This document shows positions 8,573 to 18,022 of a DNA stretch of 49,634 nucleotides, in pieces (position 1 is the first letter of the stretch; every line of letters starts with the position of its first letter). The DNA lies in assembly GCA_041572575.1 (NCBI GenBank), contig JBFFSH010000008.1, positions 1-49,634 of the forward strand, read 5' to 3'. A program made the translations under genes and the position numbers. The stretch is from Thermodesulfobacteriota bacterium (lineage in GTDB: Bacteria > Desulfobacterota_D > UBA1144 > Nemesobacterales > N074bin48). The notes below the pieces were generated by a model. That model worked only from the letters and a program-made list of their open reading frames with translations. It was not told where the DNA came from and made no database searches.

Positions 8573-9568
8573 ATGAAATCCAATAAATATCTGATTTTAA
8601 TCCTGACTATATTTTCTCTGACTTTTTTTGCCGTATGTTCATCAAATTCTAATTCAGAAATGTCAGATAAAGAGCTTATAGATAGGCTTCAGAACTATTT
8701 CAAAAAAAGCTATGCAGCAGATTTACCACATGATGCTGTGCTTGTAGTAACTGGCTTTGAAAATGCGCAAATTGCCGATATGAGAAGCGGAAACATAGCG
8801 ATTACGTTTTCGGGAAGGACTGTAGACATTCCATTTATGCTCGATAAGAGTGGTAAATATGCTGTTTTAGGAAACCCAATCGATACTGCAACATTTGAAG
8901 AGACTCCGATTAAGGGAATAAGAAAGGGATCTATTACAATTGCCAGAAATACATATCCTATGCTTCTGACTCAGGATTCTAAATATCTTATTGCAGGTGA
9001 AGTAATAGACACCACAGTAGATAAAACCAAAGAAACGATGGATAAGATTTCACTTGATGACGTACCAATAAAGGGTAACAAGAACGCAAAGGTTACAATA
9101 GTTGAGTATTCAGATTTCCAATGCCCGTTTTGCAATAGAGCCAATCCAATTATCGAAAATGTTTTAAAAGATTATAAAGATAAGATAAGAGTAGTTTATA
9201 AACAGTACCCTCTTCCAAATCATAACTGGGCAACACCTGCATCTATCGCTTCCATTTGTAGCTATAAAACAGCCGGGCATGAAGCATTTTGGAAATATCA
9301 TGACAAAATTTTTGAAAACCAAAGAACGATCACTCTGGAAAATTCAGCACAAAAGTTCGCAGAGTTTGCAAAAGAGCTTAAAATTGATGAAAAGAAATTC
9401 GGCGAATGCATGTCCGATCCCAAGATTGCCGAGAGAGTTAATAACGAAATGTCAGAAGGACAGTCAATTGGAATTAATTCCACCCCATCTTTTGTGGTAA
9501 ATGGAATTATGGTTAGGGGCGCAAATGAACAGGGACTTAAATCTGCTATCGAATCCAGCCTTAACTAA
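8573..9568 (+). CDS. Exported DsbA/thioredoxin-fold disulfide oxidoreductase
   Basis: Signal peptide, VTIVEYSDFQCPFC, YPLPNH and GINSTPSFVVNG (cis-Pro loop). Confidence 0.92.
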   Translation: MKSNKYLILILTIFSLTFFAVCSSNSNSEMSDKELIDRLQNYFKKSYAADLPHDAVLVVTGFENAQIADMRSGNIAITFSGRTVDIPFMLDKSGKYAVLGNPIDTATFEETPIKGIRKGSITIARNTYPMLLTQDSKYLIAGEVIDTTVDKTKETMDKISLDDVPIKGNKNAKVTIVEYSDFQCPFCNRANPIIENVLKDYKDKIRVVYKQYPLPNHNWATPASIASICSYKTAGHEAFWKYHDKIFENQRTITLENSAQKFAEFAKELKIDEKKFGECMSDPKIAERVNNEMSEGQSIGINSTPSFVVNGIMVRGANEQGLKSAIESSLN

Positions 9569-9587
9569 TAGAATTCACTAAACAAAC

Positions 9588-9622
9588 AAAAAAGGCCCTT
9601 AACATTTAAGGGCCTTTTTTTT
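9588..9622 (+). terminator. Intrinsic terminator, bidirectional-looking
   Basis: AAAAAAGGCCCTTAA-CAT-TTAAGGGCCTTTTTTTT. Confidence 0.9.
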
Positions 9623-9749
9623 AACTAATGTCAGGCACCTGACTATCTATTAAGTACTACCTTTTTTAATAATTGCTATCTGAACACAATCTTTATTTTG
9701 TTATTACACCTATTGTATTTAATTGAATTAACAGGATTAATTTCCAATA

Positions 9750-10202
9750 TTGAAAATTAATACACCCAAAACAATAATCGGCAGGAAAGACAGGGTAGAC
9801 TTTCCTAAGCTTAAACTATATAACATCGATGCTAAAGTAGATACGGGTGCTTATACCACATCTATTCACTGCAGTACTATAGAACCAGTAAAAGAAAATA
9901 ATAAGAAGTATGTGAGATTTAAGCTTCTGGACTCCACTCATCCTAAGTATCAAAAGAAAACTTTTAAACTCCCTGTATATAAGGAGAAAACCGTAAAGAA
10001 CTCGTTTGGAGAAAGTGAGCTTAGGTTTATCGTTAAATCTATTATTAGACTTTTTGATAAGGATTATGAGGTTGAACTTTCACTTACAAACAGAGAAAAA
10101 ATGAGCTGCCCTGTGCTGATTGGAAGAAAACTACTAAAACACGACTTTATTGTAGACATAAACAGATACAACTTATCTTATAAAGGAAAGATTAAAAAGT
10201 AG
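9750..10202 (+). CDS. RimK-associated retropepsin-like protease (RimB-like)
   Basis: AKVDTGAYTTSIH, SLTNR..M and LIGR motifs; immediately upstream of rimK; TTG start. Confidence 0.88.
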   Translation: MKINTPKTIIGRKDRVDFPKLKLYNIDAKVDTGAYTTSIHCSTIEPVKENNKKYVRFKLLDSTHPKYQKKTFKLPVYKEKTVKNSFGESELRFIVKSIIRLFDKDYEVELSLTNREKMSCPVLIGRKLLKHDFIVDINRYNLSYKGKIKK

Positions 10203-10207
10203 CACAA

Positions 10208-11401
10208 ATGAAAATAGTCATCATGTCCAGAGGCCCCAGACTTTACAGTACCAGGAGATTGCTGGAAGCATGCAGGGAAAGAGGACACAAAGCAGGAGTT
10301 TTTGATACAACGAAGTTTTCAATAAATGTAGAATCCGGTGATCCTAACTTATTATATAAGAATAAATATCTTCCGAAATATGATGCTGTTATTCCCCGCA
10401 TAGGGGCTTCTCTCACCTTTTTTGGAACTGCTGTACTCAGACAGTTTGAAGAAATGGGTTTATACTGTCTTAATTCGTCTCTTGGTATACTTTCTTCGAG
10501 AGATAAACTCCGCTCTATTCAATTACTTGCAAAGCATAACCTGGGATTTCCACATACAATATTTGTAAAGAATAAGGAAATGATAATTCCAGCCATTGAA
10601 GAGCTCGGAGGGGCTCCTGTAATAATAAAGCTGCTCGAAGGCACTCAGGGCATAGGCGTCATACTCGCTGATACCAATAAAGTAGCAGAAGCAATCATTG
10701 AAACCCTGCAGAGTACAAAACAAAACGTATTAATACAGAAATTCGTTAAAGAAAGTAAAGGTGTAGACATTAGGGCAATAGTAGCGGGCAACAAAGTTAT
10801 TGCAGCTATGCGCAGAAAAGCAAAAGGCGATGAATTTAGAAGCAACGTTCACAGGGGGGGGACTGTAGAAAAAGTAGAACTGGATGACAAATATCAACAG
10901 ACTGCGATACGAGCTGCTCAAATTATGGGGCTTAGTGTTGCCGGAGTAGATATGCTTGAAGGAAACGACGGGCCGCAGATTATGGAGGTAAACTCTTCTC
11001 CTGGTTTTGAAGGTATAGAAAGAGCAACGAATATAGATGTTGCAGGCGCTATAGTAGAACACCTTGAACAACAGGCTCTCTTTCCCGAGCTTGATCTAAG
11101 ACAGAGGTTTACCCTGGATAAAGGCTACGGGGTTGTTGAAATTCAGATAGCAAAGAATTCAGACATTATTGGGACAGCAGTTAAAGATGCGGGATTTAGA
11201 GAGAAAGACATAGTTATAATGAGCATTAAGCGCAGTAACAAGATGATCTCAAACCCAAAGTCGACTCGTGAAATTTTGCTGGGAGATACGCTTTTGTGCT
11301 TTGGAAAACTCGAGAACATGAAATCCTTGATCCTGGAAAATCGAATCAAAAGAAGAAAACCAAGGAAGAAAAAAGTTGTTAACAATGAGGTGCAAATTTA
11401 A
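10208..11401 (+). CDS. rimK: RimK alpha-L-glutamate ligase with a C-terminal RCK_C (TrkA-C) domain
   Basis: LYSTRRL, IPRIGAS, IKLLEGTQGIGV, FRSNVHRGG and EVNSSPG motifs; residues ~305-375 (VVEIQIAKNS.IIG....IMSIKR...NP...ILLGDTLLCFG) match RCK_C. Confidence 0.95.
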   Translation: MKIVIMSRGPRLYSTRRLLEACRERGHKAGVFDTTKFSINVESGDPNLLYKNKYLPKYDAVIPRIGASLTFFGTAVLRQFEEMGLYCLNSSLGILSSRDKLRSIQLLAKHNLGFPHTIFVKNKEMIIPAIEELGGAPVIIKLLEGTQGIGVILADTNKVAEAIIETLQSTKQNVLIQKFVKESKGVDIRAIVAGNKVIAAMRRKAKGDEFRSNVHRGGTVEKVELDDKYQQTAIRAAQIMGLSVAGVDMLEGNDGPQIMEVNSSPGFEGIERATNIDVAGAIVEHLEQQALFPELDLRQRFTLDKGYGVVEIQIAKNSDIIGTAVKDAGFREKDIVIMSIKRSNKMISNPKSTREILLGDTLLCFGKLENMKSLILENRIKRRKPRKKKVVNNEVQI

Positions 11402-12363
11402 TGCCCCATATTTTTTCTATAAACGGTAAAAAAGTTGCGCTAGGCGAAAATGCCCGAATCGATCTAAAGATAGCGAAACTTCCAACTCACACTGTAATAG
11501 ACCTTCCGGTTTATATACGCAGGTCACAAACCGACGGACCTGTTCTTCTTATAACAGCTGGGCTTCATGGTGATGAGTTAAACGGTGTAGAAATAATAAG
11601 AAGATTCATATTAAGTGAAGATAGTATTCCTACTACAGGAACTCTTGTTATACTACCCATAGTTAATGTTTACGGTTTCTTAAACAACTCTCGTACTATG
11701 CCCGATGGCAGAGACCTAAACAGGAGTTTTCCCGGCACTAAGGAGGGATCTCTTGCAGGAAGAATTGCATATACACTGATGAATGTAGTATTACCTCACG
11801 TGGATTATGGTGTGGATTTTCATACAGGGGCTGTAAATAAAAATTATCCTCAAATAAGATGCACATTTGATATACCAAAGAATTTAGAGCTGGCAAATGC
11901 ATTTTCTCCTGCATTCATTATAAATTCCAAGTTAAGAGACGGATCTTTTCGCAGAGCGGCTCAAAAAGAGGGAAAGTCTATCCTTGTTTTTGAAGGAGGG
12001 GAATCCCTAAGGTTCGATGAAGTTACTATTAAAGAAGGTATTGATGGAATTAAAAGGCTTATGAGCTATCTTGGTATGAACAACAGTGTTTTTATAAGCA
12101 ACAGAGAAACTCAGGTTATTAAACAAAGTTCATGGACTAGAGCAACTCACTCCGGACTTTACAGACCACTTGTAGATTACGGTGATGTTGTAAAAAAGAA
12201 ACAGGTAATTGCAACCATAACCGATCCTTATGGAGAAACCGAATATAAGCTTAAGTCACGTTTGAACGGTTATGTACTAGCCGTTAGAACCCTCCCAATA
12301 GTAAACCGTGGTGATGCAATTATGCATATTGGAACCACAAACCTGGACAAGGAGCACAACTAA
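11401..12363 (+). CDS. Succinylglutamate desuccinylase/aspartoacylase (M14-like) family protein
   Basis: AGLHGDELNG, DLNRSFPG, DFHTG, FEGGE and a C-terminal biotinyl-like hairpin; 1-nt overlap with rimK. Confidence 0.93.
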   Translation: MPHIFSINGKKVALGENARIDLKIAKLPTHTVIDLPVYIRRSQTDGPVLLITAGLHGDELNGVEIIRRFILSEDSIPTTGTLVILPIVNVYGFLNNSRTMPDGRDLNRSFPGTKEGSLAGRIAYTLMNVVLPHVDYGVDFHTGAVNKNYPQIRCTFDIPKNLELANAFSPAFIINSKLRDGSFRRAAQKEGKSILVFEGGESLRFDEVTIKEGIDGIKRLMSYLGMNNSVFISNRETQVIKQSSWTRATHSGLYRPLVDYGDVVKKKQVIATITDPYGETEYKLKSRLNGYVLAVRTLPIVNRGDAIMHIGTTNLDKEHN

Positions 12364-12365
12364 AA

Positions 12366-13385
12366 ATGTATCTGATCGCTGTTATTACTGGTATTAGCCT
12401 GATAGGCTCATTTCTCTGCTCCCTTATGGAAGCTGCATTATATTCCATGCCAAGAAGCAGGATAGAGAGCCTTAAAAGGGATGGTGACCCAGGAGGGATA
12501 AGGCTATCGAAACTCAGGGATAAAATAGACGAGCCAATCGCGGCTATTCTTACTTTAAATACAGCTGTTAATGTACTGGGAGCATCATGGGCAGGTGCAC
12601 TTGTATCAAATTATTATGGTGACGCATGGCTGGGACTTTTTTCCGCCGGATTCACTGCGGGAGTACTATTCTTTAGTGAAATAATTCCTAAATCCTTAGG
12701 AGTTACTTATGCAAATGTTCTAGCGCCAAAGCTGTCTTCCTTTATACAACTTCTTGTTACAGTCCTGATGCCTTTTGTAAAAGCCAGTGGTTATATAACA
12801 AGACTGTGGGGGAAAAATTCACATTTAAACATGCCTACAGAAGAAGATATCATAAGTCTTACGAGGTTAAGCAACCATGGTGGAGAGATACTGAAGCAGG
12901 AAGCCAAATGGGTATCCAACGCACTGAAATTAGATGATGTGTATGTAGAGGATATTATGACCCCAAAAAATGTGGTTTGTACTCTTGAAGAAAATACCAC
13001 TTTAGACCAGATCGATCTGGATTCTGACCACTGGCGTTATAGCCGTATACCTGTATTTAGTAAAGAAGATGAAAATAAGATTGTAGGAATAGTAAGAAGG
13101 CAGGATATATTTCAAAACCTACTAAGGGGTGAAAAAGATCAGCGAATACACAATCTTATGATAGCCCCGGATTTTGTTCCCACCAATATGCTGCTTCATG
13201 ATCTACTGGATAGATTTTTGATTACTCGTAGGCACCTGTTTTGTGTCGAAAACAAAAATGAACAGTATGTAGGTGTTGTAGCACTTGAGGATGTATTAGA
13301 GTTTCTTATAGGCGATGAAATTGTCGATGAATTAGACCTTCATGAAGATATGCAGAAATATTCCAAAACACAAAAAGAAGACTGA
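12366..13385 (+). CDS. CNNM/DUF21 plus CBS-pair membrane protein (CorB/hemolysin-like, Mg2+/metal transport)
   Basis: FLCSLMEAAL, AILTLNT, FSEIIPK, IMTP, YSRIPV and LEDVLE..IG.EIVDE; no C-terminal CorC domain. Confidence 0.9.
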   Translation: MYLIAVITGISLIGSFLCSLMEAALYSMPRSRIESLKRDGDPGGIRLSKLRDKIDEPIAAILTLNTAVNVLGASWAGALVSNYYGDAWLGLFSAGFTAGVLFFSEIIPKSLGVTYANVLAPKLSSFIQLLVTVLMPFVKASGYITRLWGKNSHLNMPTEEDIISLTRLSNHGGEILKQEAKWVSNALKLDDVYVEDIMTPKNVVCTLEENTTLDQIDLDSDHWRYSRIPVFSKEDENKIVGIVRRQDIFQNLLRGEKDQRIHNLMIAPDFVPTNMLLHDLLDRFLITRRHLFCVENKNEQYVGVVALEDVLEFLIGDEIVDELDLHEDMQKYSKTQKED

Positions 13386-13479
13386 TCATATCGAGGTATG
13401 AATAATAGGTCCGTCATAAGAGTGACAAATATTATATATTTTGTATTTGGTATATTCTGGTTATTCCAACCTGTATAAA

Positions 13480-14025
13480 TTAAAGATGTTTCCTTTTAAT
13501 ATATATAAAGTAAGCGCCGTAAAGTATTGCCAATACAAGCACCATCCAGAAAATATGTTCAATTACAGACGTGACTCCGGCGGTTAATCCGAGCAAAGCT
13601 GCAAGTATAACCAGCCGCCTGTCATACTGTATCCCTGATATATATGTTGCAAGTGACAACAAGATAATAATAAAATATCCGGCATTACTGCTCTTTATAT
13701 TGCCATAATTTACAAGCAGAAGAACCAGCAACACCGCGATGAGAAGACCCGCCCACTGGAGTATCTGATCCTTAATAAAATCTTTATTTTTTTGATTTTT
13801 TTTGTTTTCATTTACCCAGCCGTAATAAATGCTCACAACAGCAAATACAGGCACCATCATTAGCCAATATTTTAGTATATAATTGCTTGAATAACTGGTA
13901 ACTGCAATTCCTATGATTGATAATATAATCAAAAGTGTGAATAGATACTCTTCAAGGCTTAACAATTTTAAATTGTTCTTCTTCGATTTATCCGCAATTG
14001 CAGGTGTTTTAAATTCTTCCATCAT
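13480..14025 (-). CDS. Hypothetical multi-pass membrane protein
   Basis: 181-aa ORF with about six hydrophobic segments; family not recognised. Confidence 0.75.
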   Translation of the reverse strand: MMEEFKTPAIADKSKKNNLKLLSLEEYLFTLLIILSIIGIAVTSYSSNYILKYWLMMVPVFAVVSIYYGWVNENKKNQKNKDFIKDQILQWAGLLIAVLLVLLLVNYGNIKSSNAGYFIIILLSLATYISGIQYDRRLVILAALLGLTAGVTSVIEHIFWMVLVLAILYGAYFIYIKRKHL

Positions 14026-14148
14026 AATAAATTTTAACAGTAAATATGATATTACTAAATCATTCTATATGAAATAGCAGAATTATTAGATAAGAAAACT
14101 ATCAATAATACAGATCAATAAAAATATGATTACGTATTCATTAACACA

Positions 14149-15462
14149 TCACATTAAGAGATTTTGAAATATCACGGCAAACCCCAAGAATGCAAAAAAC
14201 CCGACTATATCTGTAACGGTTGTAAGTATGATACTGGAAGATTGAGCAGGGTCCTGACCAATGGCTTTTAGGGTAAGAGGAATAAACGCCCCGGACAAGC
14301 CGGCAGCAACCAGGTTCACTATCATTGCAAGTCCTATTACTAAACCTAAATAAGGATTTCCTTTCCAAAGCCAGGCCACAAGCGCAGTTACAAGCCCGAT
14401 AACAACTCCGTTTACAAAACCTATCTTGCCTTCTTTTAAAAGCATCTTCTTCGATTCTCTTGGTGATATCTCCCTCATAACAAGCCCTCTCATAACAACT
14501 GCAAGTGACTGCGAGCCTGCATTTCCGCCCTGTCCGGCTACTATTGGAAGAAAAACAGCAAGAACGGTGATCTTGGCAATTATGTCCTCAAACACAGCAA
14601 CAACGCTTGCCGCCATAAATGCTGTTACGAGATTTATATGCAGCCACGGCAGTCTTTTTCTGAGTGAAAAAGTTAGTGTAGAAAATGCTCTCTCTTCACT
14701 GCCCACACCAAACATCTTCATGATGTCTTCAGAGGCTTCTTGCTGAGCCTGGTTTATTAGTTGATCCGCCTTCACTATTCCAAGCAGATGGTTTTCAGCA
14801 TCTACCACAGGTGCGGCAAAATATTTCCTGTTTGAAAGCTCATTTGCAGCGTCTTCTCTTTGCATAAATGCATCAATCGTAAACACGTTTTTTATCATGA
14901 TGCTTTCTAATGTTGAATAATCATCAGCCACAATCAGGTCTCTCATATTTAAGATACCGATAAGATGATTTTCAGAATCAATTACATAGACGTAAGACGC
15001 TGGAGGGGCTTTAGCCCTTGAACGTTCTTTTATCTTATTTATAGCGTCATTAACTTTAATATCGCTTCTAAAAGCAAGATATTCGGTAGACATTATATTG
15101 CCCACACTGCCTTTGGGATAAGTAAGAAGTTCCTGTATTGCCTTTTTATCCTTGTCTGTAAGATGCTCAAGGAGTTTTAATCTTAATTCTTCTTCTATAT
15201 TTAGAAAAATTAGCGCCCCCTGCTGTGGGTCGAGCTTTTCCATTATTTCTTTGAGTGTGTCGGATGATACCGATTCTAATAAGTCAGAAGCAAAATCAAC
15301 CTGCAGGTGCTTGAATATCTTTGCAGAAATTGAAGGTGGAAGCTCTGTCAATACCCTCACAGCCTGTGCTCTTTCCATAGTCTCAAGGGCATGGGTTGCA
15401 GTTAGTGGATCATAATCAAAAAATTTGCTTACAAAAGGTACTAATTGGCTTGTTTGTTCCAT
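14149..15462 (-). CDS. mgtE: Magnesium transporter MgtE
   Basis: N-domain, CBS pair (YVYVID, APVVD), KRLPWL, GQGGNAGSQ, DPA and TTVTDIVGFF; SD GGAGG, 12 bp downstream of the cyclase gene. Confidence 0.95.
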   Translation of the reverse strand: MEQTSQLVPFVSKFFDYDPLTATHALETMERAQAVRVLTELPPSISAKIFKHLQVDFASDLLESVSSDTLKEIMEKLDPQQGALIFLNIEEELRLKLLEHLTDKDKKAIQELLTYPKGSVGNIMSTEYLAFRSDIKVNDAINKIKERSRAKAPPASYVYVIDSENHLIGILNMRDLIVADDYSTLESIMIKNVFTIDAFMQREDAANELSNRKYFAAPVVDAENHLLGIVKADQLINQAQQEASEDIMKMFGVGSEERAFSTLTFSLRKRLPWLHINLVTAFMAASVVAVFEDIIAKITVLAVFLPIVAGQGGNAGSQSLAVVMRGLVMREISPRESKKMLLKEGKIGFVNGVVIGLVTALVAWLWKGNPYLGLVIGLAMIVNLVAAGLSGAFIPLTLKAIGQDPAQSSSIILTTVTDIVGFFAFLGFAVIFQNLLM

Positions 15463-15474
15463 ACTATGATCCTC

Positions 15475-16647
15475 CTATTGATTATGTTGGTTCGTAAGAG
15501 TGATATACATACTCGTGGGATGAATCCTCTCAACTACAAGATTTTTAGGAATGATGAAATCACTTCTAGTGATAGTCACTAAATTATCCCCAACGACTGC
15601 ATCAGGCAATTTAATAACGGCTTTAATATTATTGGGATTATAGAAAAAGAAATCCCTCTTGAAACCGGATAATATTACCTTAATTTCTTCAGGTTTAATT
15701 CTGCTAATTTTCATTTCAGAAGGGACTACTATATTAGTTACGGGAATATTATAACTTTTGTATATAAGGCGAGACTCATGGACAAATACAAACCATAGAA
15801 GAATAGAAGCTGCTACCGCTATTGCCTTGTCTCTGTAGTTTTTCCTAAAGAAGTCTTTCCATGAATTAACAATAATATTAGGATTTGTTTCCGTATAATA
15901 ATCCTCTAAGTATTTTTTTATTTCATCGTTTTGTATTTTTGTAAGCTTTCCATTTCTTGCTATTGATATTTCTCCCCTTTCTTCCGACACTACAATACAA
16001 AGAGCATCGGTGTTTTCTGAAAGTCCAAGAGCCGCTGCATGGCGGGTGCCTCGTTTTTGAAGCTGGCTGAAGTTTTGAGATAAAGGGAGATGACAGGAAA
16101 ATTTAGAGATCTTATTATTTTCTATGATAACTGCTCCATCATGGCCGTGTGAATGAGGGTCGAAAAGGCTATCCAAAAGCTCTTCACTCAGTTTTCCGTT
16201 AAGCTCAGTACCACCATCAAGAAAACTTTCTATATTATCTTTTGCAGGAAGTACAACCAGAGCCCCTATTTTTTTATTTGCAAAGTCTATAAGAGATTCA
16301 GATATTATATGTATGCTGGACTGAAACTCACTTTCAACCTGTTCACTTTTCGATGCTGGATTAAAGCTCCAAAGTGCTACCTGCTCGAAAAGCTGTCTTA
16401 GTTCTTTTTGAAATATTATTAGAACTGCCAAAAGAATTACAGCAAAAAACGCCTGCAGGATCAAAGAAGTTAAAACTAAGTTAAACTGCTGTGATAATAG
16501 GTAAATAACTCCTATAATAAAAATACCGGTGAGTATAAAACGGGCCTGGGTTCTTTTAAGCCAGACAAGAAGGGAATAGATAATAAAAGACATGATCAGC
16601 ATGTCGGCAAAGCCGGCTATGCCTACCTGCCCCAGTACATCTGCCAA
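15475..16647 (-). CDS. cdaA: Membrane diadenylate cyclase (CdaA/DacA type) fused to a TM helix and a YbbR/CdaR-like domain
   Basis: Three N-terminal TMs, IIFQKELR, IGALVV, HDGAVII, LPLS and GTRHAAALGLSE..DA..IVVSEERGEIS; then K.IAVAASILLWFVF and P.EIKVILSG (CdaR-like). Start codon uncertain. Confidence 0.9.
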   Translation of the reverse strand: MADVLGQVGIAGFADMLIMSFIIYSLLVWLKRTQARFILTGIFIIGVIYLLSQQFNLVLTSLILQAFFAVILLAVLIIFQKELRQLFEQVALWSFNPASKSEQVESEFQSSIHIISESLIDFANKKIGALVVLPAKDNIESFLDGGTELNGKLSEELLDSLFDPHSHGHDGAVIIENNKISKFSCHLPLSQNFSQLQKRGTRHAAALGLSENTDALCIVVSEERGEISIARNGKLTKIQNDEIKKYLEDYYTETNPNIIVNSWKDFFRKNYRDKAIAVAASILLWFVFVHESRLIYKSYNIPVTNIVVPSEMKISRIKPEEIKVILSGFKRDFFFYNPNNIKAVIKLPDAVVGDNLVTITRSDFIIPKNLVVERIHPTSMYITLTNQHNQ

Positions 16648-16750
16648 GACTTTTTTAATTTCTACAATATACCCCTTTATACTTCAATTTTTATAAATAT
16701 ATTGTATGAAAATTTTACTACAACCACGTTTACTTTATCATTCTGATCAA

Positions 16751-16948
16751 TTAATCAAAGTTCAAAGATTTCTTGAGTTTTTCTTGTTTATATAAATTTA
16801 AAACACCATATATGTCTTTTTTTACATTGAAATGATCAACTATAATATCTCCCAGCTCATCCAATATATCGTCTAAATAAAGATCATCTATCGTATCCTC
16901 ATCCTCACTTTTGTAATCAAGCTTTAAATCAATGTCTATCTTAGGCAT
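16751..16948 (-). CDS. Small acidic hypothetical protein
   Basis: 65 aa, Asp-rich, SD AAGGAG, starts 18 bp after the ppa stop. Confidence 0.65.
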   Translation of the reverse strand: MPKIDIDLKLDYKSEDEDTIDDLYLDDILDELGDIIVDHFNVKKDIYGVLNLYKQEKLKKSLNFD

Positions 16949-16966
16949 CTTTGCTCCTTTAAGTCG

Positions 16967-17452
16967 TTATTCACTCGAAATAAATTTTTGCTGAGCTTTA
17001 TTGATAATATTTAGAGCACAGTCTTTATTTTTCCACCCTGTGACTTCTACATTTTTACTTTCAAGTTGCTTGTAGATTAAAAAGAAGTGTTCAATTTCCT
17101 TTAACAAATGAGAGGGCACATCCTCAATATCCTTAATTTGTTCCCAGTGAGGATCGGTAAGTGGAACGCACAAAATTTTTTCATCCTGCCCTTTTTCATC
17201 TTTCATGTCCAGATATCCCACGGGTCTGCCTTCCACAATGCATCCTGTGAATGTAGGCTCCCAAAGTAAAACAAGTGCATCAAGCGCATCGCCGTCTTCT
17301 GCAAGGGTATTTTCTATATATCCATAATCGGCGGGGTAATGCACAGAAGAAAATATCATTCTGTCCAGCCTGAATGCCTTTTTTTCTTTGTCATATTCGT
17401 ACTTGTTTCTGCTCCCCTTGGGGATTTCAATAATTATATCAACACTGGACAA
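16967..17452 (-). CDS. ppa: Family I inorganic pyrophosphatase
   Basis: IEIPKGSRNKYE, YPADYG, DGDALD and DEKG.DEK motifs. Confidence 0.97.
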   Translation of the reverse strand: MSSVDIIIEIPKGSRNKYEYDKEKKAFRLDRMIFSSVHYPADYGYIENTLAEDGDALDALVLLWEPTFTGCIVEGRPVGYLDMKDEKGQDEKILCVPLTDPHWEQIKDIEDVPSHLLKEIEHFFLIYKQLESKNVEVTGWKNKDCALNIINKAQQKFISSE

Positions 17453-17530
17453 ATGTTTATCCCATACACATATTTAAGTTATAATGTCTACAAAATATAC
17501 ATTAATTATTGAAAGTCTAGAGGCATAAAA

Positions 17531-18013
17531 ATGATTTATCAATTAGTAATTTCATTAGCTATTGCAATACTTTTTTTGTTGTTTAGAAAACTGCTGAATA
17601 AAATCATTAAAGACATCTCGGAAAAGTATGAATATACACCTGCAAGAGCTTTCCTTATCAAGAAACTAAACACTATTTTTTGGGTCACTGTGTATTTTTC
17701 TATCCTGATATTAATATGGGGAATAAGCATCGAGGGTTTAGAGTTCTATATTACAAGTTTTTTTGCAGTAGCAGGAATAGCCCTCTTTGCATCATGGTCG
17801 GTACTTTCTAATATTACATCCGCCGTGATACTCTTTTTTGAATATCCAATCAAGGCTGGAACCAATATCAAAATACAAGACGGTGACAATACCATAGAAG
17901 GAGAAGTCTTGAATCTCTCTTTGTTTAACATAGAAATTAAAACCAGAAGCGGCGTCGTTTTCTATCCAAACAATTTAGCAATTCAAAAGGCAATTGTAAA
18001 GAAGCAAAAATAG
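17531..18013 (+). CDS. Short MscS-family mechanosensitive channel domain protein
   Basis: TM helices, GIALFASWSVLSNIT, P.K.G..I.I and YPN; lacks the usual C-terminal domain. Confidence 0.85.
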   Translation: MIYQLVISLAIAILFLLFRKLLNKIIKDISEKYEYTPARAFLIKKLNTIFWVTVYFSILILIWGISIEGLEFYITSFFAVAGIALFASWSVLSNITSAVILFFEYPIKAGTNIKIQDGDNTIEGEVLNLSLFNIEIKTRSGVVFYPNNLAIQKAIVKKQK

Positions 18014-18022
18014 TATGAAGAT

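Noticed and set aside
9630..9643. GTCAGG-CA-CCTGAC palindrome as a regulator site for the rimK operon
   Set aside because: Single short occurrence right after a terminator, with no second copy noticed; insufficient support.
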